DNA of 33,255 nucleotides from Bacillales bacterium UBA7029 (GTDB lineage Bacteria > Bacillota_I > Bacilli_A > RFN20 > CAG-826). The notes under the pieces were generated by a model. It saw only the letters and a list, made by a program, of their open reading frames with translations, did no database searches and had not been told where the DNA came from. Positions 1 to 8,968 of this stretch are shown here, in pieces. The DNA lies in assembly GCA_002494205.1 (NCBI GenBank), contig DLBE01000020.1, forward strand, positions 1 to 33,255, read 5' to 3'. Every line of letters starts with the position of its first letter. Position 1 is the stretch's first letter. Both the position numbers and the translations under genes were made by a program.

Positions 1-2
1 TA

Positions 3-661
<659 letters not shown>

Positions 662-662
<1 letters not shown>

Positions 663-1060
663 TGGGTTTTTTGCTTGAAATCATCACTCCAAAAGGAATT
701 TATCTCAACGAGGAAGTTGATTCTTTAACCATAAAATTAGGTAGTGGTTATAGAACATTTTTGAAAGGACACACTCCTTTAATTGGTTCTTTAGCATATG
801 CTCCAATGCATTTAATTAAAAATGGGAAAATGGAAGAATATGCAGTTCATGGTGGTGCAATAAATGTAACTAAAGAAAAAATAAGTGTAGTTTGTAACGC
901 CATAGAAAATAAAAAAGATATTGATAAAAATAGAGCTAAGGCTGCAAAGGAAAGAGCCGAAAAACGTCTTAAAGACAAAAATCCTAATGTTGACATTAAA
1001 CGCGCTCAACTAGCTTTACAAAGAGCATTAATTCGTCTTGAATTAGCAGGTAAGGACTAA
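662..1060 (+). CDS. atpC: F1Fo ATP synthase epsilon subunit
   Basis: LEIITP start, GHTPLIG, GG motif, C-terminal helical hairpin (RAKAAKERAE...ALQRALIRL); TAATG overlap with atpD. Confidence 0.95.
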
Positions 1061-1077
1061 ACTTTGAAAAGTTTTAT

Positions 1078-1106
1078 TTGTAAAATTAATTTACAATATA
1101 TATAAT
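1078..1106 (+). promoter_or_regulatory. sigmaA-type promoter for ppa
   Basis: TTGTAA-17bp-TATAAT, then SD AAGGAGG (1119-1125) before ATG 1133. Confidence 0.65.
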
Positions 1107-1132
1107 ATGGCGTCACAAAAGGAGGATTAGAT

Positions 1133-1687
1133 ATGAATTTATGGCATCGTGTTAACCCCGAAAGTATCAAACCAGAAAACTTTTTGGCTTGTATCGAAAT
1201 CCCTCAAGGATCAAAAAACAAATACGAATTAGACAAATACTCTGGAGCATTAAAGCTCGACCGTATTCTATACACATCAACCCACTATCCACATAACTAT
1301 GGTTTTATTCCAAGAACCTTAGCAGATGATGGTGACCCACTTGATGTATTAGTTATTTCATCAGAACCAATTGTTCCACTCGCATTAGTTGAATGTAGGC
1401 CAATTGGTATGCTTGAAATGACAGATGGTGGAGATAAAGATGCAAAAATCTTAGCTGTTGCAGTTAATGACCCAGTCTATAACGAAATCTACAACATCTT
1501 TGATATGTCAGATCACATCTTACGAGAAATCAAACATTTCTTCACTGTTTATAAACAACTTGAAGGTAAAAACACAATCGTTGATAACATCCGTGATCCT
1601 GAAAAGGCAAAACGCGTTATTCAAACTTGTATTGATGGTTACACTAAGAAATTCGGAGATGGACCAATCTACGAAGTAAAGAAATAA
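1133..1687 (+). CDS. ppa: Family I soluble inorganic pyrophosphatase
   Basis: [46 protein letters not shown] motifs. Confidence 0.95.
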   Translation: MNLWHRVNPESIKPENFLACIEIPQGSKNKYELDKYSGALKLDRILYTSTHYPHNYGFIPRTLADDGDPLDVLVISSEPIVPLALVECRPIGMLEMTDGGDKDAKILAVAVNDPVYNEIYNIFDMSDHILREIKHFFTVYKQLEGKNTIVDNIRDPEKAKRVIQTCIDGYTKKFGDGPIYEVKK

Positions 1688-1710
1688 GGGAATTATTCCC
1701 TTTTCTTTTT
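1686..1710 (+). terminator. Intrinsic terminator after ppa
   Basis: AAGGGAA-TTA-TTCCCTT hairpin followed by TTCTTTTT. Confidence 0.7.
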
Positions 1711-1714
1711 ACTT

Positions 1715-1723
1715 TGTTATAAT
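1715..1723 (+). promoter_or_regulatory. Extended -10 promoter for trmL (probably leaderless transcript)
   Basis: TG-T-TATAAT ends 6 nt before ATG 1730; no SD sequence. Confidence 0.6.
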
Positions 1724-1729
1724 TGAAAT

Positions 1730-2230
1730 ATGATTCACATTATTCTTTATCATCCAGAGATTCCGCAGAATACCGGAAATATCCTTAGAACCGCAATGGC
1801 TACAAATTCTTATGTCCATATAATTGGTCCTATACCTTTTGATATTTCCAATAAAGCGCTGCAAAGAGCAGGCATGGACTATATTAAAGATGCTAAGTTT
1901 GATTACTATGATTCTTATGAGACTTTTTCGGAAAAATTTTCGGGAAAAACCATATATTTTGTCACAAAATACGGGAAAAATGTGTATTCAAAAGTTGATT
2001 TTTCAGACCCACTTGAGGACGTTTATGTAATGTTTGGAAGAGAGTCTACAGGAATCGATAAAGAAATTCTTAGTGCTCATAAAGAAACAACATTAAGAAT
2101 TCCGATGATGTCTACTGCAAGAAGCCTTAATTTATCAAATTCTGTCGCGATAGTGGTGTATGAAATTTTAAAACAAAAAAACTTCCCTGAATTGGCAAGT
2201 TTTGACATGATTAAAAAATACACAATTTAA
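1730..2230 (+). CDS. trmL: tRNA (cytidine/uridine-34-2'-O)-methyltransferase, SPOUT family
   Basis: PEIPQNTGNI, RAGMDY, FGRESTG, RIPM, RSLNLSNSVAIVVYE motifs. Confidence 0.93.
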   Translation: MIHIILYHPEIPQNTGNILRTAMATNSYVHIIGPIPFDISNKALQRAGMDYIKDAKFDYYDSYETFSEKFSGKTIYFVTKYGKNVYSKVDFSDPLEDVYVMFGRESTGIDKEILSAHKETTLRIPMMSTARSLNLSNSVAIVVYEILKQKNFPELASFDMIKKYTI

Positions 2231-3582
2231 TCTACTCGTTTTGCTAAAGCAAACTTTTCCTTAGTTTCTTCTCTAATTGAATTTAATTTAATAGTTGTTT
2301 GGTTCTTAATAATTGCTTCACCAAGAGTATGTCCACGACGGACATTTTTCTTTTTCGTATAAATTATTTCACCAGTCTTTTGGTGAGAACAAAGTAAAGC
2401 AAACTCTGCTGCGGTAAGGATTTCATTTTCAGTTGGTTTTCTTGAACAGATAACTAAATGAGAACCACTCAAATTTTTAATGTGCATCCACAAAAATTCA
2501 CGATCCATTTTCATAACGAAACTTAAGTAGTCATTTTGGGATGCATTTTTACCAAAATAAATGTAGGTTCCATTTAAGTTATATCGCCATGGACGATTAA
2601 AAATCGTCTCTTGTGTTTCTTTCTTTTTGTTTACAGGAAAATATGTCTCAACTAATTTGTCTTTTCCTTTTTCATCAGCAGATTCAAATTCTTTCAAAAT
2701 TTTGTTATATTCATCAAGTGATTTTTGAGCATTATCAATATTTGTTTGGAAGTGCCTCATTGTCTCTTTAGCTTTCTTAGCTTTTTTATAGAAGAGTTGG
2801 CAGTTTTCAGAAAGTGTTTTAGAGGCATCTAGTTTTACAGTTTCACCAGCGAGTTCTAGCACCTCAACTTTTGACCTTAAATTTAGGCCTAAAGTGTAAA
2901 TTTCATCAGCAAAACCCCTATATTTTTGGTTTTCTTCAGCTTTTTTGAGGTCACCATTTATAGACGAAATTTTCTTATTTGCGGACTTGATTTTATTGTT
3001 TAAAAACTTTGTAAACTCAGCGTATTTTTCTTTATATCTTAATTCATCTTCAGTCTTAAAAAGAGATTCCAAAAATTCTTCAGTAATTTCTTGTTCTCCA
3101 TTAAGCTCAGTTAATGTTTCTGGTAGTTTATAAATAGCGCCATAAAATAGGTCACGATTTTTATTTTTATAAAAAGTTTCTTCTATCTTTTCGTTATGAA
3201 GAACAATTAAATTAGGACAATTTGGAATAAGCTCAGCAATAAAAGATCTTTCTTCATCACTCTCATTAGATTGAAGCTTAAAAGAAACAATATTATCTTT
3301 ATCTGAAAGTTTTAAATTTGTAATGATTGTGCGGTTAAAAATCTTTTTAAATTTCTGAAGAAAAACATTATCGAAAGATTTGAAGAATATGTCACAATTA
3401 ATTTTATAAATTAAAGGGCATCTATTATTGAGTGAAATCACAAGAGAATTTTTATAATCTTCAGCGAAAGGAAATAAAAGAGTTTCGTTATTGATTAAAA
3501 TAGGAGAGAAGAGCAATTTCCCTTCAATTTCTTTAGCTAGATTTTGGATGTAATTTTGATAAGAAGAATGTGAAATTCTCAT
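2227..3582 (-). CDS. rqcH: NFACT family protein (RqcH/FbpA-like ribosome quality control factor), divergent and shortened, 451 aa
   Basis: C-terminal NFACT-R motifs GKNASQND, WMHIKNLSGSHLVI, YTKKKNVRR; coiled coil with ENCQLFYKKAKKAK. Start moved from 3708 to ATG 3582 (MRISHSS) because the longer ORF overlaps gmk and its promoter. Confidence 0.8.
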   Translation of the reverse strand: MRISHSSYQNYIQNLAKEIEGKLLFSPILINNETLLFPFAEDYKNSLVISLNNRCPLIYKINCDIFFKSFDNVFLQKFKKIFNRTIITNLKLSDKDNIVSFKLQSNESDEERSFIAELIPNCPNLIVLHNEKIEETFYKNKNRDLFYGAIYKLPETLTELNGEQEITEEFLESLFKTEDELRYKEKYAEFTKFLNNKIKSANKKISSINGDLKKAEENQKYRGFADEIYTLGLNLRSKVEVLELAGETVKLDASKTLSENCQLFYKKAKKAKETMRHFQTNIDNAQKSLDEYNKILKEFESADEKGKDKLVETYFPVNKKKETQETIFNRPWRYNLNGTYIYFGKNASQNDYLSFVMKMDREFLWMHIKNLSGSHLVICSRKPTENEILTAAEFALLCSHQKTGEIIYTKKKNVRRGHTLGEAIIKNQTTIKLNSIREETKEKFALAKRVD

Positions 3583-3633
3583 GGAAAATATTATAAAGAA
3601 GAATTCAATAAAATTGAAATCTAAATTATGTAA

Positions 3634-3662
3634 TTGAAAAGGCTCTTGCTTTTTAATAAAAT
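3634..3662 (+). promoter_or_regulatory. sigmaA-type promoter for the gmk operon
   Basis: TTGAAA-17bp-TAAAAT, ending 8 nt before ATG 3671; no SD. Confidence 0.6.
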
Positions 3663-3670
3663 TAAACCGT

Positions 3671-4243
3671 ATGGAAAATAGTAAGAAAAAGGGCCTATTA
3701 TTAATCATGTCCGGCCCAAGCGGTGTTGGTAAAGGAACAGTTCGTGAAGAATTAATGAAAGATAAATCATTAAATCTTTTCTATTCTGTATCCATGACAA
3801 CTCGTAACATGAGACCAGGTGAAGTAAATGGTCGAGAATATTACTTTGTAACTAAAGAAGATTTTATGAAGCAAGTCGCAAACGACAACCTTCTTGAGTG
3901 GGCCGAATACGTCGGTAATTGCTACGGAACACCTAAAGATAAAGTCGAAGATATGCGAAATGAAGGCAAAAATGTTCTTTTAGAAATTGATGTTAAAGGT
4001 GCGGAAAATGTCTTTAAAAAAGTTCCTGATGTAATTTCTATCTTTATTGCGCCTCCTTCAATCGAAGAACTTCGCAATAGACTTAGAGGTAGGGGGACTG
4101 AATCTGAAGAAGTTATTAATAATAGAGTTTCTGCCGCTAGTAAAGAACTTGAATATAAGAAGTTTTATAAATATGTTGTCATTAATGACAAACTAGAAGA
4201 TGCAGTTGAAGAGATTCGTCAAATTATCAAAGCAAGAATGTGA
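3671..4243 (+). CDS. gmk: Guanylate kinase
   Basis: P-loop SGPSGVGKGT, SMTTRNMRPGEVNGREYYF, YGTP, LEIDVKGA. Confidence 0.97.
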   Translation: MENSKKKGLLLIMSGPSGVGKGTVREELMKDKSLNLFYSVSMTTRNMRPGEVNGREYYFVTKEDFMKQVANDNLLEWAEYVGNCYGTPKDKVEDMRNEGKNVLLEIDVKGAENVFKKVPDVISIFIAPPSIEELRNRLRGRGTESEEVINNRVSAASKELEYKKFYKYVVINDKLEDAVEEIRQIIKARM

Positions 4244-4251
4244 GGTAAATT

Positions 4252-4824
4252 ATGATAATAATTACAGTTTATGGTTTAGATCAATACGCTGTTGGTCATT
4301 ATTCAAAAAACCACAGCGAAAATTTAGCACAATTATTCGAAACCAAAATTGAAAATATCGCTTTTATCGCTTCTGATGAATACGTTTTTCATAATGGTGT
4401 AGAGCAAACAAGCTGGCAAGCTTTAGTGAAAGTTGAAGCACCAGAAAAATATGAAGTAATAGAAGATAAAGCGGCACAATATTTACTTAAAACTTTAAGT
4501 GAATTTTCTATTCACGTTAGAGTTGTTTTTGATTATTTTCATTCTCATCATGAACATGAATTTTTAAATAAGAGTTATCCTCGTTATATTAAAGAAGATA
4601 ACTTGGTTAATGTTGAAGATAGCGAAGAAGATGAAGAGCTTTATGAAGGCAACATTTTTGAAGGAATGGAAAAGAAATTAGAAGAAGCATATAGAGAAGG
4701 TGAACATCATTGCCATTGCCATGACGAAGATCACGAATGTCATTGCGAAGATGGTGAATGTGATTGTGATGAAAAAGATTGCGATTGTGATGATGAACAT
4801 TGTTGTTGCCACACTAAACATTAA
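4252..4824 (+). CDS. Hypothetical protein: possible DUF1904/tautomerase-like N-terminal domain, acidic linker, His/Cys-rich metal-binding tail
   Basis: SD GAGG upstream; in-operon position; tail HHCHCHDEDHECHCEDGECDCDEKDCDCDDEHCCCHTKH. The N-terminal domain call is a pattern-level guess. Confidence 0.75.
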   Translation: MIIITVYGLDQYAVGHYSKNHSENLAQLFETKIENIAFIASDEYVFHNGVEQTSWQALVKVEAPEKYEVIEDKAAQYLLKTLSEFSIHVRVVFDYFHSHHEHEFLNKSYPRYIKEDNLVNVEDSEEDEELYEGNIFEGMEKKLEEAYREGEHHCHCHDEDHECHCEDGECDCDEKDCDCDDEHCCCHTKH

Positions 4825-4827
4825 TCT

Positions 4828-5868
4828 ATGATTAATTTATACGGTCAAGAAATAACAAAATTAGAAAAATTATTAATGGACCGTGGTCAAAAGAAATATC
4901 GTGCCACGCAACTTTTCACATGGATTTATGAAAAAAAGGCTACTACTTTTGACGAAATGAGTGATGTCTCTAAATTATTTAGAGAAGAACTTAATAGAGA
5001 TTTTTGTTTAACTTTACCAACAATTTATAAAAAACAAGTTTCCAAAGATGGAACAATTAAGTTGTTACTTGAACTTGAAGATGGCGCAAAAGTAGAAACC
5101 GCTTTAATGCCGTATAGATATGGAAATGCTGTATGTGTAACATCTCAAGTTGGATGCAATATGGGATGCGCATTTTGTGCTTCTGGTTTATTAAAAAAGA
5201 AGAGAAATCTTGAAACTCATGAAATGGTTGGCCAAGTGCTTGTAATGAATAAACTTCTCGAAGAAAAAGGAGAACATGTATCCCACATAGTTGTCATGGG
5301 AACAGGTGAGCCTTTTGATAATTATGAAAATGTGATGGATTTTATTCGTATTGTTAATCACCCAAAAGCACTTGCTATTGGCGCGCGTCATATAAGCGTT
5401 TCAACATGCGGGCTTGTCCCAGGCATTATGAAGTATGCACATGAAGGACTACAAACAAATTTAGCAATTTCGCTTCACGCACCAAACGATGAAATTCGAA
5501 ATAAACTTATGCCAATTTCAAAAGCTTATCCTATGGATAAATTAATGGAAGCTGTGAAATATTATGAAAAAACTGCAGGCAGAAGGGTAACATTTGAATA
5601 CATTATGCTAGATGGCATTAATGATTCATTAGAATGCGCTAAAGAACTTGTTAATTTAGTTAAAGGCACAATGAGTTATATTAATTTAATTCCATATAAC
5701 CCAGTAGATGAACATAGTTTTAAAAGAAGTTCAGATAAAAATGTCCACAACTTCTTTTCATATTTAATGCAACATGGTGTCAATACAACAGTAAGAAAAG
5801 AATTTGGGAACGATATTGACGCTGCATGCGGTCAACTAAGAGCTAAGGAAATACTAAAAAATGATTAA
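4828..5868 (+). CDS. rlmN: 23S rRNA m2A2503 / tRNA radical SAM methyltransferase
   Basis: SQVGCNMGCAFC (CxxxCxxC), MGTGEP, ISLHA, DIDAACGQL. Confidence 0.97.
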   Translation: MINLYGQEITKLEKLLMDRGQKKYRATQLFTWIYEKKATTFDEMSDVSKLFREELNRDFCLTLPTIYKKQVSKDGTIKLLLELEDGAKVETALMPYRYGNAVCVTSQVGCNMGCAFCASGLLKKKRNLETHEMVGQVLVMNKLLEEKGEHVSHIVVMGTGEPFDNYENVMDFIRIVNHPKALAIGARHISVSTCGLVPGIMKYAHEGLQTNLAISLHAPNDEIRNKLMPISKAYPMDKLMEAVKYYEKTAGRRVTFEYIMLDGINDSLECAKELVNLVKGTMSYINLIPYNPVDEHSFKRSSDKNVHNFFSYLMQHGVNTTVRKEFGNDIDAACGQLRAKEILKND

Positions 5869-6604
5869 AGGTAGTTTTGGATCTAAAACTGATATTGGTC
5901 TCGTTCGAAAAACTAATGAAGATAAAGCTTTATCAACGATTGATTCGGATGGAAATGTTTTACTTTGTGTTTGTGATGGCATGGGTGGTGCTAATAAAGG
6001 TGATCACGCAAGTAAAATTGCAATAGATGTAGTTACCTCTGCCCTTTGTAATAAGAGACCCTGGAAATTTAATTTTCAAGTTAAAAGGTGGCTTGGTAAG
6101 CTTGTCAAAGAAATTAATTATGCTGTATATAGCGAATCCAAATTTGATGAGAATTATCGTGGAATGGGAACAACTCTTGTTTTAGCATTATTTTTTAGAG
6201 ATTTAATCTATATGATTAATGTAGGCGATTCTAGAGGTTACATTTTAGGTGAAGATAGACTTATTCAAGCGACACGTGATCAAACTTATGTTGAATATTT
6301 AGCCGCCAAAAAACAAATTAACGAAGAGAAAAAATCTAGTTCGAAAGATAGACATTATCTTATGAATTTTATTGGATTAAAAAAGCATGCTAATTATGAG
6401 CTAAAAATCCTAAAAAATGCAGGAAAAACAGTGCTTTTATGCTCTGACGGGCTTTATAATAATGCCTCAAATAAACAGATTTTTTCTGCATTAAATAACG
6501 ATGATAGACTTGATCAAAAAATATCGACTTTAATTGGTATCGCAAAAGCAAATGGTGGTACCGACAATATTGCTATCTCAATTTGGGAGCCTCGAAAAGA
6601 ATGA
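5861..6604 (+). CDS. prpC: PP2C-family Ser/Thr protein phosphatase (PrpC/Stp)
   Basis: GLVRKTNED, VCDGMGG, GMGTT, NVGDSRGY, LCSDGL, GGTDNI; lies between rlmN and the kinase. Confidence 0.92.
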   Translation: MIKGSFGSKTDIGLVRKTNEDKALSTIDSDGNVLLCVCDGMGGANKGDHASKIAIDVVTSALCNKRPWKFNFQVKRWLGKLVKEINYAVYSESKFDENYRGMGTTLVLALFFRDLIYMINVGDSRGYILGEDRLIQATRDQTYVEYLAAKKQINEEKKSSSKDRHYLMNFIGLKKHANYELKILKNAGKTVLLCSDGLYNNASNKQIFSALNNDDRLDQKISTLIGIAKANGGTDNIAISIWEPRKE

Positions 6605-7452
6605 TTAGTATCGGTGACATAATCGATAATCGTTATAATGTTTTATCTCACTTAGGAACTGGCGGAATGGCTGTTGTTTTTGAGTGCGAAGATATAATAA
6701 ATAACGAAATTGTCGCCGTAAAAATATTAAAAGAAGAGCTTTTAGATCAAAAAGGCATGATTGATGACTTTAAAAGAGAAATTAAAGCTGCAGTTATGAT
6801 GTCTCATCCAAATATCATGAAGATTTATAACGATGGTGTTTGGAATAAGCGTCCATATTTGGTCTTAGAATATCTTAAAAATCAAACACTATTAGACAAG
6901 ATTGAATTCTATACAAAGTTTAGTGTTAAAGAAGCATGTGAGATTATGCTACAGGTTCTTGATGCTGTTGATTATACCCACAACCATAAAATTATTCATA
7001 GAGACATAAAACCTCAAAACATATTTTTGCTACCAAACGGAACAATTAAGTTGGGTGATTTTGGCATAGCTAAAAACGAAAAAGATGCGGAAAATGATGG
7101 GAAAATTCTTGGTTCTGTCCATTATTTGGCACCTGAAGTTTTAAGCGGAAAACCATTCACTGTTGCCTCCGATATCTATGCTTGCGGGATTACTTTCTTT
7201 CAATTAGTAACTGGGATTTTGCCGTTTGACGGAACAACCGAGGAAGTTGCGAAGGCACATTTAAGAAATGAAGTTCCAAACCCTTCGTTTTTTGTTAATT
7301 TAATTCCGAAAAGAGTAGATGAAATTATTTTGAAATCAGTTTCAAAGAATCCTAAAAATAGATTTAAAAATGCTAGTGAATTTAGAAAGGCAATTGAACT
7401 TTTTCTTGAAAACAAAGAAGAAAAGAAATCAATATTTAAAAGGCTATTTTAA
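6601..7452 (+). CDS. prkC: Hanks-type Ser/Thr protein kinase, PrkC/Stk orthologue, kinase domain only (283 aa)
   Basis: GTGGMA, VAVK, HRDIKPQN, DFG, GSVHYLAPE, SDIYACG; conserved prpC-prkC-rsgA-rpe synteny; start taken at ATG 6601 (ATGA overlap with prpC stop). Confidence 0.9.
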   Translation: MISIGDIIDNRYNVLSHLGTGGMAVVFECEDIINNEIVAVKILKEELLDQKGMIDDFKREIKAAVMMSHPNIMKIYNDGVWNKRPYLVLEYLKNQTLLDKIEFYTKFSVKEACEIMLQVLDAVDYTHNHKIIHRDIKPQNIFLLPNGTIKLGDFGIAKNEKDAENDGKILGSVHYLAPEVLSGKPFTVASDIYACGITFFQLVTGILPFDGTTEEVAKAHLRNEVPNPSFFVNLIPKRVDEIILKSVSKNPKNRFKNASEFRKAIELFLENKEEKKSIFKRLF

Positions 7453-8318
7453 TGAACGGAAAAATTCTTTCAATAGTAGGTGGAATATACAAAGTATATT
7501 CAAATGGGCATATTTATAGTCTATTTTCAAGAGGAGTTATAAAACATAAAAGTTTTTCATTATGTGCTGGAGATAATATCGAGTTTAATGAAAACGAAAA
7601 TATTATTGAAAGAGCTTATGAAAGAAGAAACTTTTTAATTAGGCCTCGTTCTGCAAATGTAGATTTGTTGGTTATAACAATGTCTGTTGTAGAACCTGAA
7701 TTATCTCCCGAATTAGTTTATAAATTTTTAACTTATGCAAATTTAAACAGAATACCTGCTGCTGTTCTTTTCACTAAATTGGACAAATTAGCAGATACTA
7801 GCAAAGTTGATATTCTTAAATCAGATCTTGAGAAGTTAGGTTATAAAGTTTTTCTAATTTCTTGTGAAAATACCGAAAATTTGCAGGAAATACGGGACTT
7901 TTTATCAGGAAAAACCACGATAATTATGGGTCAGACTGGTGTTGGAAAAAGCACTGCAATTAACTTAATCGATCCTCACTTTAACCGCAAAATTGGTGAA
8001 TACTCGGAAGCTCTCGGAAGAGGAAAACACCAAACAAAAGAAGTTATCTTGTTGCCATTTAAAGAAGGCTTTATAGGAGACACTCCAGGCTTTTCTTCTC
8101 TTGAACTTGATTTATATAAAGAAGACTTGGCCCAGTATTTTCCAGGATACGAAAAATATTATTTAGAATGCTATTTCTCAAATTGTCTTCATCAAAAAGA
8201 AAAAGAGTGTAAAATTAAAGAGGAAATAGAAAGTGGTAACCTTTCGAAAGAAGGTTATGAAGTATATATTAAGTTACTAAATCAACTAGAATTCAAATCA
8301 CAGAGGTATAGAAAATGA
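7452..8318 (+). CDS. rsgA: Ribosome small subunit-dependent GTPase A (RsgA/CpgA)
   Basis: Circularly permuted GTPase order TKLD, GQTGVGKS, RGKHQT, DTPGF; Zn finger CYFSNCLHQKEKEC. Confidence 0.95.
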   Translation: MNGKILSIVGGIYKVYSNGHIYSLFSRGVIKHKSFSLCAGDNIEFNENENIIERAYERRNFLIRPRSANVDLLVITMSVVEPELSPELVYKFLTYANLNRIPAAVLFTKLDKLADTSKVDILKSDLEKLGYKVFLISCENTENLQEIRDFLSGKTTIIMGQTGVGKSTAINLIDPHFNRKIGEYSEALGRGKHQTKEVILLPFKEGFIGDTPGFSSLELDLYKEDLAQYFPGYEKYYLECYFSNCLHQKEKECKIKEEIESGNLSKEGYEVYIKLLNQLEFKSQRYRK

Positions 8319-8968
8319 AAAATTTAATTGCACCAAGTTTATTATCAGCAGATAAAGCACATCTAAAGGATGAAATTTTAAAAGTTGAAGCACTAGGATG
8401 TGAATATATCCATTGGGATATTATGGATGGAATTTTTGTTCCTAATAAATCTTTTGAAGTTTCTGCAGTTAAAGAAAACGCAAAAGTCCATAAGATGGTT
8501 AATGATGTCCATATCATGGTTGCAGATCCTATGAGAGTTGCTCCTGAATTTATTGCTGCTGGTGCTGATCTAATTACATTTCATTATGAAGCTTTAGAAT
8601 GTCCAGTTTGTTGCGGAAAACTTATTAAGAAAATACATGAACTTGGATGTAAAGCTGGTATTTCAATAAAACCAAAAACGAATGTTAAAGTTTTAAAAGA
8701 ACTTGTTAAACAAGTTGATTTAGTTTTAGTTATGTCTGTTGAACCTGGAAAAGGTGGTCAAGCATTCATTCCTAGCGCTTTAGGAAAAATTAAAACACTT
8801 CGTAAGTGGATTGATAAACAAAATCTTAATTGTTTGATCGAAGTTGATGGTGGTATTAATGCCGAGACTGGTGCAAAATGTCGCAAAGCCGGTGCTGATA
8901 TTCTTGTTGCTGGTTCATATTTGTTTGGTCATGACGATATTAAAGAAAGAGTTGAATCACTTAGATAA
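8315..8968 (+). CDS. rpe: Ribulose-phosphate 3-epimerase
   Basis: IAPSLLSAD, HWDIMDGIFVPN, DVHIMV, VMSVEPGKGGQAF, EVDGGIN, VAGS. Confidence 0.96.
   Translation: MKNLIAPSLLSADKAHLKDEILKVEALGCEYIHWDIMDGIFVPNKSFEVSAVKENAKVHKMVNDVHIMVADPMRVAPEFIAAGADLITFHYEALECPVCCGKLIKKIHELGCKAGISIKPKTNVKVLKELVKQVDLVLVMSVEPGKGGQAFIPSALGKIKTLRKWIDKQNLNCLIEVDGGINAETGAKCRKAGADILVAGSYLFGHDDIKERVESLR

Noticed and set aside
1059-1079. AAACTT-TGAA-AAGTTT hairpin after atpC as a terminator
   Set aside because: The stem has only one G-C pair, too weak to call
3583-3708. 42-aa N-terminal extension of the NFACT ORF
   Set aside because: It overlaps the gmk start and both divergent promoters; ATG 3582 has a well-placed -10 box
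4705-4821. TG(C/T)GA(T/A)-rich periodic DNA as a CRISPR array or tandem repeat
   Set aside because: Explained by Cys/Asp/Glu/His codons; no repeat-spacer structure and no cas genes
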